Below are positions 29,501-41,852 of a DNA stretch of 64,000 nucleotides, one piece after another. The notes beneath the pieces were generated by a model. That model saw only the letters and a list, made by a program, of their open reading frames with translations. It did not search any database and was not told the DNA's origin. Both the position numbers and the translations under genes were made by a program. Within the stretch, counting starts at the first letter, position 1, and every line of letters begins with the position of its first letter. The stretch comes from Tubiluchus corallicola (Eukaryota; Animalia; Priapulida), in assembly GCA_030141605.1 (NCBI GenBank), contig JAQGDQ010000001.1, forward strand, positions 1,178,001-1,242,000, written 5' to 3'.

Positions 29501-32500
29501 GTATATGACACACAGACATTTACTAAACATTAACTTTGATTTTTTCCAGGCCTGTTTCGCAGAGCTATTGTTATGAGTGGTTCATCCTTATCTAACTGGG
29601 CTATCGTTGATGAGCCATACAAATATGCCCTGCAAGCGGCAAATGCGCTGGACTGCTCTAGCCTGACAGTACCGGTTAATTTAACTTGTCTACAAAGGCG
29701 ACCTGTCGAGGACTTTCTGGATCTGTCTATTACGGTGCCCACTTTCCTTTCAGCTTGGGGACCCTCGGTTGATGGGAGATACGTAACACGTGATCCACGA
29801 TATCTGATGACGTACGAAAACTCGAGGTTTGGCAAATACGATCTTCTGTTTGGTGTGGCTAAAGAAGAATCATATAGCTTTTTTAACGCCAATAAAACAG
29901 CTCGAGGAATTGAGGACTCAGAACGTAACCACATCCTACGAACTTTCGTGCGTAATTTATACACTTACCACCAAAACGAGCTTTACGCAGCAATACTAAA
30001 TGAATATACAGACTGGGATAAACCAGCCCAGCATCAAATGGACATCCGTGTCACGGTGATGGATGTGTTAACCGACGCCCTTTATGCTTCTCCAGTGCTG
30101 GAGATGGGGCAGCTGCATTCCATGGTGCATTTGGACACGTACTTATACGTGTTTAGTTACCAGACTAAACGAGGGGATTACCCAGAGTTTCCTGGTTGTA
30201 TACACGGTGAAGAACTGCCTTACTTATTTGGAGCTCCGGTAGTGGATGGGTTGAGACATTTTCGTGGAAACTACACCAGACAAGAAAAATCGCTCAGCGA
30301 AATGGTTATAAAGTTCTGGACTAATTTCGCTAAAACCGGGTAAGGCGAAATGGAGAAGATTAATTGCATTGTGTTTGTTGTGTTTTTAATTTGGTCGATG
30401 GATTGCTGCTGCAGTTCATTTCATTATTATTTAGTAGTTTACTTGATTTAAGTTCTCATTATAGTACTCATTTTCAATAACATTTTATATTATTTTAGTT
30501 TACAAAAATGAAAAATAAAATCAGTAACCTTTGACCTTTAACTATTTTTAACAAATTATATGATATTCGATTATTGTTCAGTATTTTACGAAAGTGTAAC
30601 TTTACTTTTGTTGAAAAATTACTTGAACACTTGGAGTTTCTTCGTAAAATAAGCAGAAAATGGGGAGAGTTTTGTAACTGTGAATGGATGCAGTGAGCTG
30701 CTTAACAACGATACTCTCTCTCACTTTAACAATGGAAGCTGTTATTTTCTAACTATTTAATTTTGTTTACCACTGAACGTCCTTAACAGCACAATTTACT
30801 GTTTGTCTTTGCTCTTTCAGCCTCGCCATGCTGACAGTTTTTCATTTAACTAACATGACCTCTATTTCTACACGTGAAATTACTCTTTTGTCAGCTTGCT
30901 TCTCGCGCAATCCGTCGTTCAATACTCAGTAAGCGCCTCAAATTAATGAAAGGGAACAAAAAGGAATTCGTGTAGCAGCACACACTGCGATAAAAACTGC
31001 GAATCTCGTAAAGAAATTCTTTTAAATAAAGGAGTTATGAACTGTTGCTTTTTGTAAAAACTAGAAAAAAAATCAATAACACCGTTCTACTTTTCTCTGG
31101 TGTTACCATTCCACTCATTTTAATCATAGAAATTTAAGGCCTATAGCAACAGCTCTACCTTAGTAGATTACCGACTGAAGTTGTTTTCCAAACTTTCTGA
31201 ATTCAGTTATACTTTCACCCGTTGAAAATATGTAAAATTGTTAGTTTTCTTTCAAAAATGCAAACAATTTCCTATTCAAAACCAGAAAAGTCCCATAGAT
31301 AAAAAAGTTATCAAGCTGAATGGCAGCTTTATGCTTTTGAATGAAAACTTGGAATCAGCAATGGAGTGCACATTTTTTTCAAGAAAATGAGCATAAAGAA
31401 GAGCATGCGTAATGTTTGTCATTGTAGTTGTTTTATCTGTATATACTCGTTACTTTGTTTAGCGATCCCAATAAGGAGCGATTGGAACAAGATTATCTAG
31501 GCGATTATGGTAATGGCAAAGTCACTGATGCCTTTGGCAAGATGAGGTGGCCGCAGTATGACCGCGTGCACCAAAAATACGTTAGCATAGGTTGGTAATC
31601 ATTTTTATCTTACATTTGTTTTACAGGCCCTGTGTTTATTTTGTTCACGAGTATTTCTTTCACCAGTTCCTAGCAGTATTCTGGTGTTATTAGTACATGT
31701 ACTTACTTAAAGCAAAGGCCAAGCTTCTGGAAGTTAGGCTTATTTGAGTGTTCACGAAAAATGTTAGAATGATTTACTAATAAAGTTTGATGAGCGCCCC
31801 GTTACCCATGTAACTATAAAATCACTTTAAAGTCGGAACGCTTTCACGCTTGGGCGTTCCCATTTTGAACACCTATTCTTCCACCAATTATTATTTTTAT
31901 TATAACTTTTTATTACGAGCACATAAACACACACACATATATATACATGCACCCTGTATTTGTAGGGCTATATCAGTTAGCAGCATTCACATATCATTTT
32001 TAACAACTTAAATAGCTATGCTAGTATTGTGTTATAACACATTCTTAACTGACATTGATAACAATTTTCTAAAATTACTTACTTCAGCTAGGTTAGTGAC
32101 AAAATAAAATTATCTAACAAAATATTAGCAAAATTAGTTCAAATCAAATTATCACTACAAGTTAACATATAATTAATATCCTGGTGCTGTAAAACGCGTA
32201 CAAAGTTTTCTTGTTTAATGCGACTTACGAATTTACATTGAAACAGCAGATGATGTGCGGCTTGCCTCCCCTCTAAACACTGGCACATATCATTGTTTGC
32301 ATAACCAATATTGAACAGGAAGTCATTAAAATTGCCTTGACCTGTTAGAAATGTGCAAGCTAAAACCTCAAGTTTTCTATTACCTTTCTGTACTGGAATT
32401 CTCAAGTGAGATGTACTTAAAGAATATGGATAAACTGGAGATGCACCACAAAGATATCTGTTGCGAAACTTACATTTCCGTATTGCCAATATATAATTAT

Positions 32501-35311
32501 CAATACAGTCAACCCTCGTTAAACCGGACTAATGGGGGGGGTCCGATTTAGCCGATTGTCCGATTTATCCGATATGCCAATATATGGTCTATATTATACA
32601 GGAATAATCACCTTAATAAGACCTATATACATTGCACTATATACTGTGCACTATATACTATACTGTATATTACTTTAAAATAGTTAACCTGTGAGGATAA
32701 AGAAATTATTGTACAGTTGGTAGGCCGTGTTGTGTTTAGCGCTCCGGCTCGGACGGAAATCGGACGGTTTCCTTTACCACGGATGACGTCCGTCTTATCC
32801 GATATTCGGGCTAACGGGGTCCGGTTTAACGAGGGTCCACTGTATTACTTTTACTATATTTAATGACTGCTTTGGGGATATCTCGTGAATCTAAATTTTG
32901 GGCAGTAAAGTTTTTAGTATTCTTAAAAATTCATTAGCCGTCAATAAAGCCAATGATGTCGTTCAATACTTGAAGAAAAATCAGCGCCCAGTTAATTTCC
33001 GTCAAAAGAATAATAAGCTTTTACAAAAAATTGCATAGCATATTTTGTGACATTTTTGCTTGAACATTACATTAGCTGTAGAGGTTTGAATTCGTTTGAG
33101 CAGCGTGCGCTTGCGGAAAGCCATGATGCGCTAACGAAAAGTCACGAAGTCCACCTGTTACGTCATAATTTTCAAATGAATGACAACTACCACTGTGTCT
33201 GAAAATTTCTTCACAGCGGTAGTATAAATAAATATTATGCTCTATAGACAGCTTTTGTGCAAATTTCTTTGTTATATTTTTCCTAAGTTTGAATGATAAC
33301 AGTAAAATAGACCAAAAATGCTAAATGCTTGTCCTTTCCTTTAAATGAATAAGAATGAATAAAGATTTAGATTTAGGATTTCTCTCTGAATAAAGATTTA
33401 TAGTAATAATAATAATTCCGTTAAATGCGAATCAAACGAGAGTCATCGATGATCATGAATGCTTCGAATTTCTAATCACCAAAACTCATCTCGACAAAAC
33501 GTCATTTTTCAAAATAATTGTCAACAATAATAACAATATTGTAGTTAATCAAATGGTTCCCTGAAAATTATTTTCAAGAACAAAAAGGAGTTTTGATTAA
33601 TGCAACTTTTAACCGCATGCTTCTACGACAAGCTAATTAACGTTGCCACTGAAACCGCCTTTCAGAAACGTCACTTTCCTGTTTGAAAATCAAAATTTTT
33701 CACATAGTCATTTAGCGTAAATAAATAATAACCAATTAAATTTAGTTCTAATTATAATTAAACTGTCATCGCTGCAAACAATTATTTTTGAGTTGTGTGC
33801 GCGCGTCAATTTGAATCTTCTCATCTCTATGTATACTAAAGCCGGTAAATATAATTAACAAAGCAAGACAAAATCGATAATGTCTATTTACTAGAGATAA
33901 TTGCATTAACTACTTGAAATGTGTGCAATTCGATTAGTGCAAAAAGCGATGAGTTTTTTACTGCGCTAATGTCGCGTTTTCAAGTCGAACACTGTACGTA
34001 ACCACGAAGAGATGAGAAGTGTACAGTTTTTGTAGATCGTTCGCACTTTTGTGACTGTTAAGCACTACGACTTATTCACAAACGGCGGTATCCACCCATT
34101 TCGCCAGTGTTACAGATACAGTTAACCAGTGGTATAGTTTATCATTTCTGAGCGCTCACCACAATAAGGAAATATTATCAATAGTAATATACAAAATAAA
34201 TGAATGATACAAAAAGTATGACAAAATCACCTAAAACCTAAAAAATCACTTTAGGTTATCGTAAAGATCACGAAATCACAATAAAAATCATCAATAAGAA
34301 ATTAAATTACTAGTAAAAGCTAGTGAAAAGTGTTAGCATGAAATGATAGACAGAAGTGGTACAGTTCGCCAGTGGTTTAATTTGCCAGTAGTACGTTTCG
34401 CCAGTGCAGGGTACGTTTCGCCAGTTAAATTTCGCTGCCATATTTTACCTTATCCTTTAACAAATGTTTCTGTTCACCTGTGGTTCAGTTCACCATGATC
34501 AATTAACCCATGATCAACTGACACAATGACCCATTGGTACTTAAGGGAAGAGATGTAAAAATACGGAAAATGAAGACGAAAATTATTAGATTCACTAAAT
34601 TTTAAGAAAAGTCAGCGTATATTAAATTATAGTATTGTTTAATATACTATATCATTTTAAAATTGAATTTCAAAATATGTTCAAAATGGGTTAATTTCAT
34701 ATGAGTCCATTTGCCATAGTTTACAAGAAAGGCGGGAAACAATTTAACTCCTCTTGTCTAACTAACATCTATCGGCGAACTTCAGAAATAATGCAGTCAC
34801 ATCATTGAAATCAAAACGTCGAGATGTTGAAAAAAGCATGTTAAAAAATAAGGTAGTAACATACAGCAGAGGAATTTTATTGGATGAAGTGTACATCGGG
34901 CAAAATGCCCCACTGGCAAACTGAAGGCTTAACGGAAAGGGTGCTAACGCAGCAAAGAAATTTTACTGGAGAAATGTGCTGCTAGCGATATGTGTCCTGG
35001 CGAAATGCACCACTGGTGAAATGTACCACGGGCAAATCGTACCACTACAGTACTGTAACACTGGCAGAGTGTACGACTATCAAAATGTACCACTGACGAA
35101 CTGCACCTCGGCGAACTGTTCGAATGGCGATTTATGTACTCACGAAGTGACACATTCACAAACCGCACATAAATCTGATTATTATCTGGTACTTTCAGAT
35201 TTCTGGCAAAAGAAATTTTAACTCCTATGTACAACCTGGTGCAACACTACTACAGAGTTGCTCGAACAGCCCACGCAGTCTTCAGTTAGCTAGAAACTAA
35301 GATGATGACGA

Positions 35312-35350
<39 letters not shown>

Positions 35351-38300
35351 TGATGATGATGATGGTGATGGTGATGATTATGATAACAATAATAACAATG
35401 ATGATGTGACGGCATCGGCAGCGGGCAACATGGCTGTAATAACAATCAGGACATTTGCTATGAGTTCACCAAGAAAGTAATAGCCCTTGGAAAATAATAG
35501 TTCTTTAAGATCCAAGATGTAACAGAAAAACATCTTGACACGTGCAAGAATATTCCACGAAATGTTTGGAAGGGAAAATTTACAATACCTTTGTCATCAA
35601 TATTCAGACTGCAGCCATATTTTTGGAGATAGCTATTATGCGCAGATTATGATGATAACCAGTGAACTAACAATTGTCTGCAATATGAGCTATGGATGCG
35701 GAAACATGTAAATAATATAAAAAGCTGTAAACAAGACTGTTATAATCAATCATGCAGATATCAAACGCTGCTATGAAGTTTTCAAACTCATGTCTGATTA
35801 ACTGCGGGAAGTAAAGTCACTAAGAAAAGCTTAGAAATTAGAAATAGGTTGAGAAATCTAGTACTCATCAGAAGATTACAAGGCTATAAAACCAAGAATA
35901 AGCTGGAAAACTCACAATTTAAACAACTGCAAAAGAATATTCATGCAGTAGACAGATCATACAGTTGACATCAACAGACAAGGTAACCGCACAGCCAACT
36001 TTAAAGAGTTCACATTTGTAACTAACTGTATCAACAGTTGTGGCACTACTTGACAAGCATGTAAACGCTATACCATAGCCTGCGTGATGTTTGAAGTGTA
36101 TTTGGCTTTAAATTCATCTAAGAAGATCCACTCAGTCAACTGTCATTCAGCTGTCAGTGAAAGAAGAATTGCGGTTAGTTTTTTCTAGAACCTGCAAAAG
36201 TTGATGATCCTTCATTTTGATGAAGATTTTGGCTGAGTTGGCATGTTCTCAGAATTGGCAAAATTAGTTGTCCATATCAAAAATATCACCAGTTGTTTTT
36301 ATCAAGAAACGTTCCTCGTAACATTCGAGGTTATACCCGAGTATTTACAAAATACGACATAGCACTACTGATTTGTGAAAATATGCTAGGTTTCCTTCCT
36401 GCCCAACATTTACATTTTGCATTATTTTTTACATTTTTGTGAAGAAATTTAGTAGGTATTGTGAATTGTCATGGCATTTGAATTGTTATGCTGACGCTGT
36501 CAGTTGTTTTTATAGCCCACAACACTTATTTAATTGCTTGATCTTTGCTGGGAGCTTATTTACAGGGATATTTGGGAGTATCTCAATGTAATGACTTCCG
36601 TCTTTCTAATCCCTAAAATATGAATCTGTGCAAGAATGTTATACAACACTTTCTGTATTTTTAATAGCCCCTTGAACGTTACGTGGCATGATACTCATTT
36701 TTTATTATTTAAAATCCTGAGTAAAATTAGGCTCACAGAAAAGGGCATAAAGTCTTATTTTCCGAGAAACTTGATGAAATACAAGCTGAGTACCCTCTCC
36801 TCGCGGCTTCACAATATAAATTGTTTCTATGTGGTACTAATGTTTCAAGTAATTAAAGAAAACAACGAATATTCACTTGAAGTAAATCAATAATGCACTG
36901 AATTTTATTTATTTCAACCAGTGCATCTGTGTCCACGTCCATCCGATTTGTATCAATCATTGTCTGTGACGTCACCAATTTTCTTGGCGTATTCCTAATC
37001 AGATCCTTCATCCGAAGTTGGGTTATGCAGAGTCGGAGCAATCATGTTGTATATATAGCTAGTAGTTGAGTTGACACAAATCAATACCAACTCCAAAACC
37101 GCTCATTGATTGCAATGAATATATCCTGACTTACTGGAATAGTCGAAATTGGGGAAATAAATGACCGTTGCTTGGTATTTGGTTAGCTCTTCTGAACAGA
37201 CTGAATGCAAAACACGTCCTACAAGATGATGTAATCGTTAAACGTTACTGACTGTAGACGTGCCAGGAAATACTTGAACCCAGAAAATGCCTTTTTCACG
37301 CAGCATTTGTTAATGCACAGCATCGAAATCTGCATAACTTCTGTATTTGAAATTCGCTTTACTTTCTTCTTTTTAATACCGCGATTTAGATTTACTTTTT
37401 GCAGCGTTGTGTTGCATCCAAATTTACTACAAAATAAAAAAAAACGCAAATCTAATTGTGAACAAGTACGTAAACTGAACAGCAGCAGTACTATTGGGCT
37501 ACTACTGACAGAAAATTGAAGTGTCTTCAGATTACGAAAGATTCCAGAAAGCAGGAGTTACAACATGATATCATTTCACGGGTGATAAAGATATTCTGTA
37601 ATGCACTTAGGCATTTTTATAACAGTTTTTGGTTTGAACGCGTTGCCATCATAAATCAATTACAATCATTGCGGCTTAGCAACAACTTAAATTTATGTAA
37701 ACCAAATCTATTTTGCAGATTTTTTTAAAACCAGAAACCATTCTTAAAGAAATGGATTTCTCATAATCTTAATATAGCAAGAACGACAACAATTTGTTAA
37801 ATATCCGATGATAGGCAACGAAGTTTTTCTTTTTTTAATAGGAAAATAACAACGTTTTTACTTCACATCAAAATTCATGAATTCGGGCCATTGATGATAA
37901 CTGATAATGTGCAATACAAACGTTGTCATTTAAAAAATAATAAAGAAGTTGTTTTTTACTGTGGGATATTTAACAAATTTAACAAAAATATTGGTAACTT
38001 TTAAACGCCATTGGACATAAAGCTGTTGCAAGTACCTGCTGTGCGCATTTCATGCATATCTAAGCAACTCTAAAGAAACTATCGTCTTTATTTTGGCAGC
38101 TATTATTTATGGCGAACTTTTCCTTTACGTATTGCAGTTCTGCTCACATTAGAAAATTAATAAAGCATTGTAGAATACGTTCATACTAATAAATAGTAGT
38201 AATAATAATAATAGTCATAGTCGTTTTGTCGTCGTGGTCGTCGTCGTCGTCGTAGTAGTAGTAGTAGTAGTAATAGTAGTAGTAGTAGTAGTAGTAGCAG

Positions 38301-40920
38301 CAGCAATAGTAGTACAAGTAAAATCGCAAAAATAATTTAAGAAACCAATTAGTCAATTTTAGCATTTTTATATGTCCACATGTTATTCACTATTCTAGTT
38401 ACTCATTTTTCACAGTTGCTGGGTAGCAGTTTTTCAGTTTGTGGATGGATTGTGACACATTCCTTTAAATTTATAAGGATATACAAGAGTGAAAATCGTT
38501 TTCATATCACTTTGCAAAAGGTTATGGTTTTAAGCCGGTATTTGCAACAATACTTTGGGCTGTATGTGTTGCAAAAATCATAAAAGCCATTTTTCTTGTT
38601 TTGTAAATATGTTGCTACGATTGAGTCTTGATTGAACAAACAACACCATGCTTTTCTCTGCAATTGTTGCTGTGTGGCAGAATTCTTTCAATTAATCTAC
38701 AATGTATATAAAGATTTTGTTTGTAACTTGCGGTTTCACAATGCTTTACCTATATTTGCATCTTATCTTAAAACTGTATTTTGCGTCTCTTTAATGGATG
38801 AGAGGTCATCCCAAAGACAATGCAAAACGAAATTTAAATTGTTGGCAACGAAACCCAATTTCTAAAAATTATTGCGAACATAGTCGAATTATGCCTTTTT
38901 GCTGAAAATTCTAATAAATTTTCCAATAAAGTTATAACTTGAAAATTATTCTAGCTGTGGGACAAGGCAAATTTCAATTTACTCGTTTTTTCTCCTTGCA
39001 ATGACGGTATATGTTCGTGTTTTATAGCTCTGTCGAGAAATTATTCATTGATTGAAAAGCTGAATTTGGATTTATATGGAATCAATTTTCTCCCAGACAA
39101 GCGAATGTATTCCAGTATTGTTGTTGGAAGGGATTCGTGAAACATTTGCGAGTGCGTCACGCCAGTATTTATTACATCTTTCATAAAACTGCTATGAACA
39201 GCCAAAGCCAGTGAAATCCTTGCTAAATTATAAATATTTATAAGTTTTGTTGTAGTCAACTTGTCATTGTTATTTTACTAGTCTGTACTGTTTTCTTGAA
39301 AGTGCACAACAGTGAAAAATCAGCTTTTCGACAGTTCCCTCTTTTCATGATGATTTTTGTATGTGTTTGTTTCTTCGTCTGCCTGTCCGTCTATATGTCT
39401 GTACGTCTGTTTGTCTGCCTCTTCTGCTGGCTGTTTATGTGCTCTCAGTCTGGCTATTTTTCTGTTTGTTTGTTTATTTCCTGGTTGGTCGTTCAGTCGG
39501 TTCGTTGTTCAGACTACAAACCTTTTGCGCTGCTTAATAGTAGCCGTTAAGGATTTTGCTTCGTCACTCATCCTTAAGATTCATTTGTTTACGATCTTTA
39601 CATTAAGAGATACGAAGGATTCTTCTACATGGTCACATTCAAACTTCAGACGCTTAAAAGCGAACCGACAAAGCGCAACGGAAATAATATTTTACGTAAT
39701 GTTAAGTTCACGTGATATTAAAACATCTTTAAGCTAATTAATTTTTGCTTTGCTATAATAATCCTAGGTCTAAGTTCAATATCACACCTTCAGTCATCCG
39801 TTGTTCACATTCCAAGGTATTTAAACTTCTTCTGTTCTAGAAGGTAGCCATTCACTAGAATCTTCCCTTCTGATGTGCCATCCCTACTCGCCATCATTGT
39901 TTTGGTCTTCGTCATTGTTTCTTTTCTTTCAGTATATTACTTCACATGTCTACTATTTTCCTGAAGATTCTAAAATGCTTCCTCGGATTTTGCTAATAAG
40001 TCCTGTAAGTCCTCAAGCATTCTGAGCATTGACCTTCTTTGCAACAGAAACTTCGCTGATAAAGAGTGTGTAACTGAAATACGTCGATCAACTGAAGTAA
40101 CACAGCGGTATGAAGTTGACTTAGAAGATTTACTATGCCTTCTTCGCATGTACTTTATCTAGAGCAGTCTGTGAGCCGGTTCAGCTACTTTTTTATTTGA
40201 ATGAGTTTCTAAATTAACCTTATTATTGCTTTTGCAGGTGTAAACCCACGTGTGCGTAGCCACTACAGGGCTCACAAGGTGGCATTCTGGACGAAACTAG
40301 TACCTCAACTTAATAAGCCAGGGGGAGATCCAGTCAGTCCTGACCACCATCTTTTAACTCGCTTTAACGACCTCTCCTCCTTCGAAGGAAACATACGCTC
40401 CATTGACATAAGCATCTTTCCGCCGACGCCAGCGCCACCACCGACGATTCCTCCGATTCCAACGACGAGAAGACAAACTGTGCCTGTTTCAATAGAACCT
40501 CCGCCGGCGCAGGCGAATAACGTGGGGACCAATAATCAGGTGACAACATCAAATGTACCGCCACATAACCGTGAACAAAATAACACTGAAACAATGAAAG
40601 TTGAGCAGGTTCTAGAAAATACCTACTCCACTGCATTGAGTGTGACAATAGCAGTAGGATGTTCCTTACTCATATTAAATGTTTTAATATTCGCTGGAGT
40701 TTATTACCAGTGGGATAAAAAACGTTTGCAAGCAAAAATGAACAACAAAGAGTATGAGTTAAGCAGAGGAATAAGCGACGAAATGGCTTCTCTTCAGTAC
40801 ACACCAAGACATCATCAGACATCGAACTCGAATAACAGAAATCTTCACCAGTCCGTACCACCGGCTCCGCCACCTCCTGGTCTAAGACAGCATTTGTACA
40901 CCCAGGAGGCCACTGTATAG
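20091..40920 (+). CDS. Nlg: Neuroligin (arthropod Nlg3/4-like), 6 coding exons, ~792 aa
   Basis: Join: 20091-20511, 25853-26008, 27723-27923, 29550-30339, 31463-31590, 40238-40920. Total 2379 nt, phases consistent. [22 protein letters not shown] in place of [62 protein letters not shown]-terminal QEATV* (PDZ-ligand-like). Confidence 0.93.
22844..22950 (+). mobile_element. Possible tRNA-head/RTE-related SINE remnant
   Basis: Box-A-like TAGCTGAGTGGT followed by GAGAAGGAAATGGTCAACCCAC, resembling an RTE/BovB-derived SINE core; no box B or TSD seen. Confidence 0.3.
25853..26008 (+). CDS. Nlg: Neuroligin coding exon 2
   Basis: ttgcag| acceptor; [17 protein letters not shown]...NYRLGIL; G|GTAAAA donor. 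Confidence 0.92.
   Translation, partial: KLESDLTPDIQSLCLYTANPTNGDRVTLMTAASLLVSVMSSSSPSIIDSEY
27723..27923 (+). CDS. Nlg: Neuroligin coding exon 3
   Basis: Hand-translated GFLSTS...[52 protein letters not shown]; A|GTGGGT donor. Confidence 0.9.
28008..28447. mobile_element. Palindromic hAT-like MITE
   Basis: Long imperfect inverted arms (~28008-28190 vs ~28265-28447); TAGGGCGTAGTG-type terminus; 8-bp TSD TTGAGTAA (28000-28007, and 28964-28971 once the RTE insert is removed). Confidence 0.75.
28454..28952 (-). mobile_element. Non-autonomous, internally deleted RTE-clade retroelement
   Basis: 17-bp TSD ACTACGCCCTATTGAGT (28437-28453, 28953-28969); RTE C-terminal peptide remnants [21 protein letters not shown] and RLRWYGH; (GAA)-like 3' tail. 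Confidence 0.85.
29550..30339 (+). CDS. Nlg: Neuroligin coding exon 4
   Basis: ttccag| acceptor; [11 protein letters not shown]...FWTNFAKTG; |GTAAGG donor. Confidence 0.93.
31463..31590 (+). CDS. Nlg: Neuroligin coding exon 5
   Basis: Hand-translated DPNKERLEQ...[16 protein letters not shown]; tttag| acceptor and |GTTGGT donor. Confidence 0.88.
32139..32990 (-). mobile_element. 3' fragment of an R1/LOA-like non-LTR retrotransposon, interrupted by a MITE
   Basis: [16 protein letters not shown]...CQC.....HHLLFQC, a C-terminal CCHC-type motif; right-hand extent approximate. Confidence 0.55.
32506..32842. mobile_element. Tc1/mariner-pogo (Tigger-like) MITE, 337 bp
   Basis: 24-bp TIRs CAGTCAACCCTCGTTAAACCGGAC / GTCCGGTTTAACGAGGGTCCACTG, flanked by TA on both sides. 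Confidence 0.9.
34350..35130. repeat. Degenerate foldback-like element with inverted arrays of short subrepeats
   Basis: TTTCGCCAGT-like units at 34360-34440 face ACTGGCGAAA-like units at 34890-35130; related units at ~60540-60620. Confidence 0.5.
35301..35405. repeat. (GAC/GAT)n compound microsatellite
   Basis: Visible directly. Confidence 0.85.
38194..38312. repeat. (GTC/GTA)n compound microsatellite
   Basis: Visible directly. Confidence 0.8.
39745..40030 (-). mobile_element. Old RTE-clade RT remnant
   Basis: Hand translation EDLQDLL...KTKTM...[35 protein letters not shown], with stops. Confidence 0.6.
40238..40920 (+). CDS. Nlg: Neuroligin terminal coding exon (stalk, TM, cytoplasmic tail)
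   Basis: ttgcag| acceptor; [18 protein letters not shown]...TM...EATV*. Confidence 0.92.
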
Positions 40921-41552
40921 CTTCTAGCAATTACTGAAACTGTTCCTGTTAAGCCTACGCTGTTTTTATAAGCCTATATAAATGCACAAAATTTTTATAG
41001 CTGGGATGTGTTAATATTAATTCACCGTAGCGAGATGTAATTAATGAATGTAGATGGCAATCAGTTTATGGTTGTTATGGTTTCTTTTGCCTCGAAAAGG
41101 AAATACTCCTGTAGCTGAGAGAACGTTTTTCCACCACCTTTTTCCATTAATGCAGTATCTTCTCTTAAGGTGAAGGAAACTAATGATAATAATACTAAAG
41201 ACTAATAAAATGTTACTTACTAATTAGTAATATGTTTCTGCTGTTTACTATAATTCGTCAGAAGAGTAATGCTTCATCATACCTTGCAAACAAAGATGAT
41301 AATACAACTTTTAAATAATTTGCTCCCGTTACTTACTTGCTTCTGTTAAAATTTGCAAAAAGCTGCGTTAGTTATTTTTTCTAGCCCGTTCTTTCAAAAA
41401 ATGTTACGTCCATTTTATTTTTATCATATTTTCTTTACTTTTTCAATACAGGAACATCTTCTTCATTGTTTTCATTTATAATCTACACAAAAAGTCATGA
41501 ATATGTAGCACCATAGTATTCTCGCTGGTATGTCGCATTGTAAACTGTAAAG

Positions 41553-41852
41553 TATCTATGTTGTTTACTGCGATGTGTCCTATATGTAAAACAAGTATAG
41601 CTGCACTCACCATTTACACTAAAAACTTGTATCCAACCGTTTACTGAGATGTTGTTACGTTATCTATGTTGTTTACTGAGATGTGTCCTATATGTAAAAC
41701 AACTATAGCTATCCTCACCATTTACACTAAAAACTTGTATCCAACCGTTTACTGAGATGTTGTTACGTTATCTATGTTGTTTACTGAGATGTGTCCTATA
41801 TGTAAAACAACTATAGCTATCCTCACCATTTACACTAAAAACTTGTATCCAA
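41553..41852. repeat. 108-bp tandem repeat, ~2.8 near-identical copies
   Basis: Unit starts TATCTATGTTGTTTACTG at 41553, 41661 and 41769. Confidence 0.9.

Noticed and set aside
29530-29964. Antisense or overlapping ORFs (also 57478-57894, 18901-19491, 20032-20344, 40305-40930)
   Set aside because: Shadow ORFs of real coding exons with no recognisable motifs.
34976-35221. Cys-rich 81-aa ORF resembling a secreted peptide
   Set aside because: It lies in the subrepeat array, has a non-ATG start, and its Cys periodicity follows the DNA repeat.
41553-41852. CRISPR-like appearance of the periodic repeat
   Set aside because: Whole units are duplicated with no unique spacers, the context is eukaryotic, and there are no cas genes.
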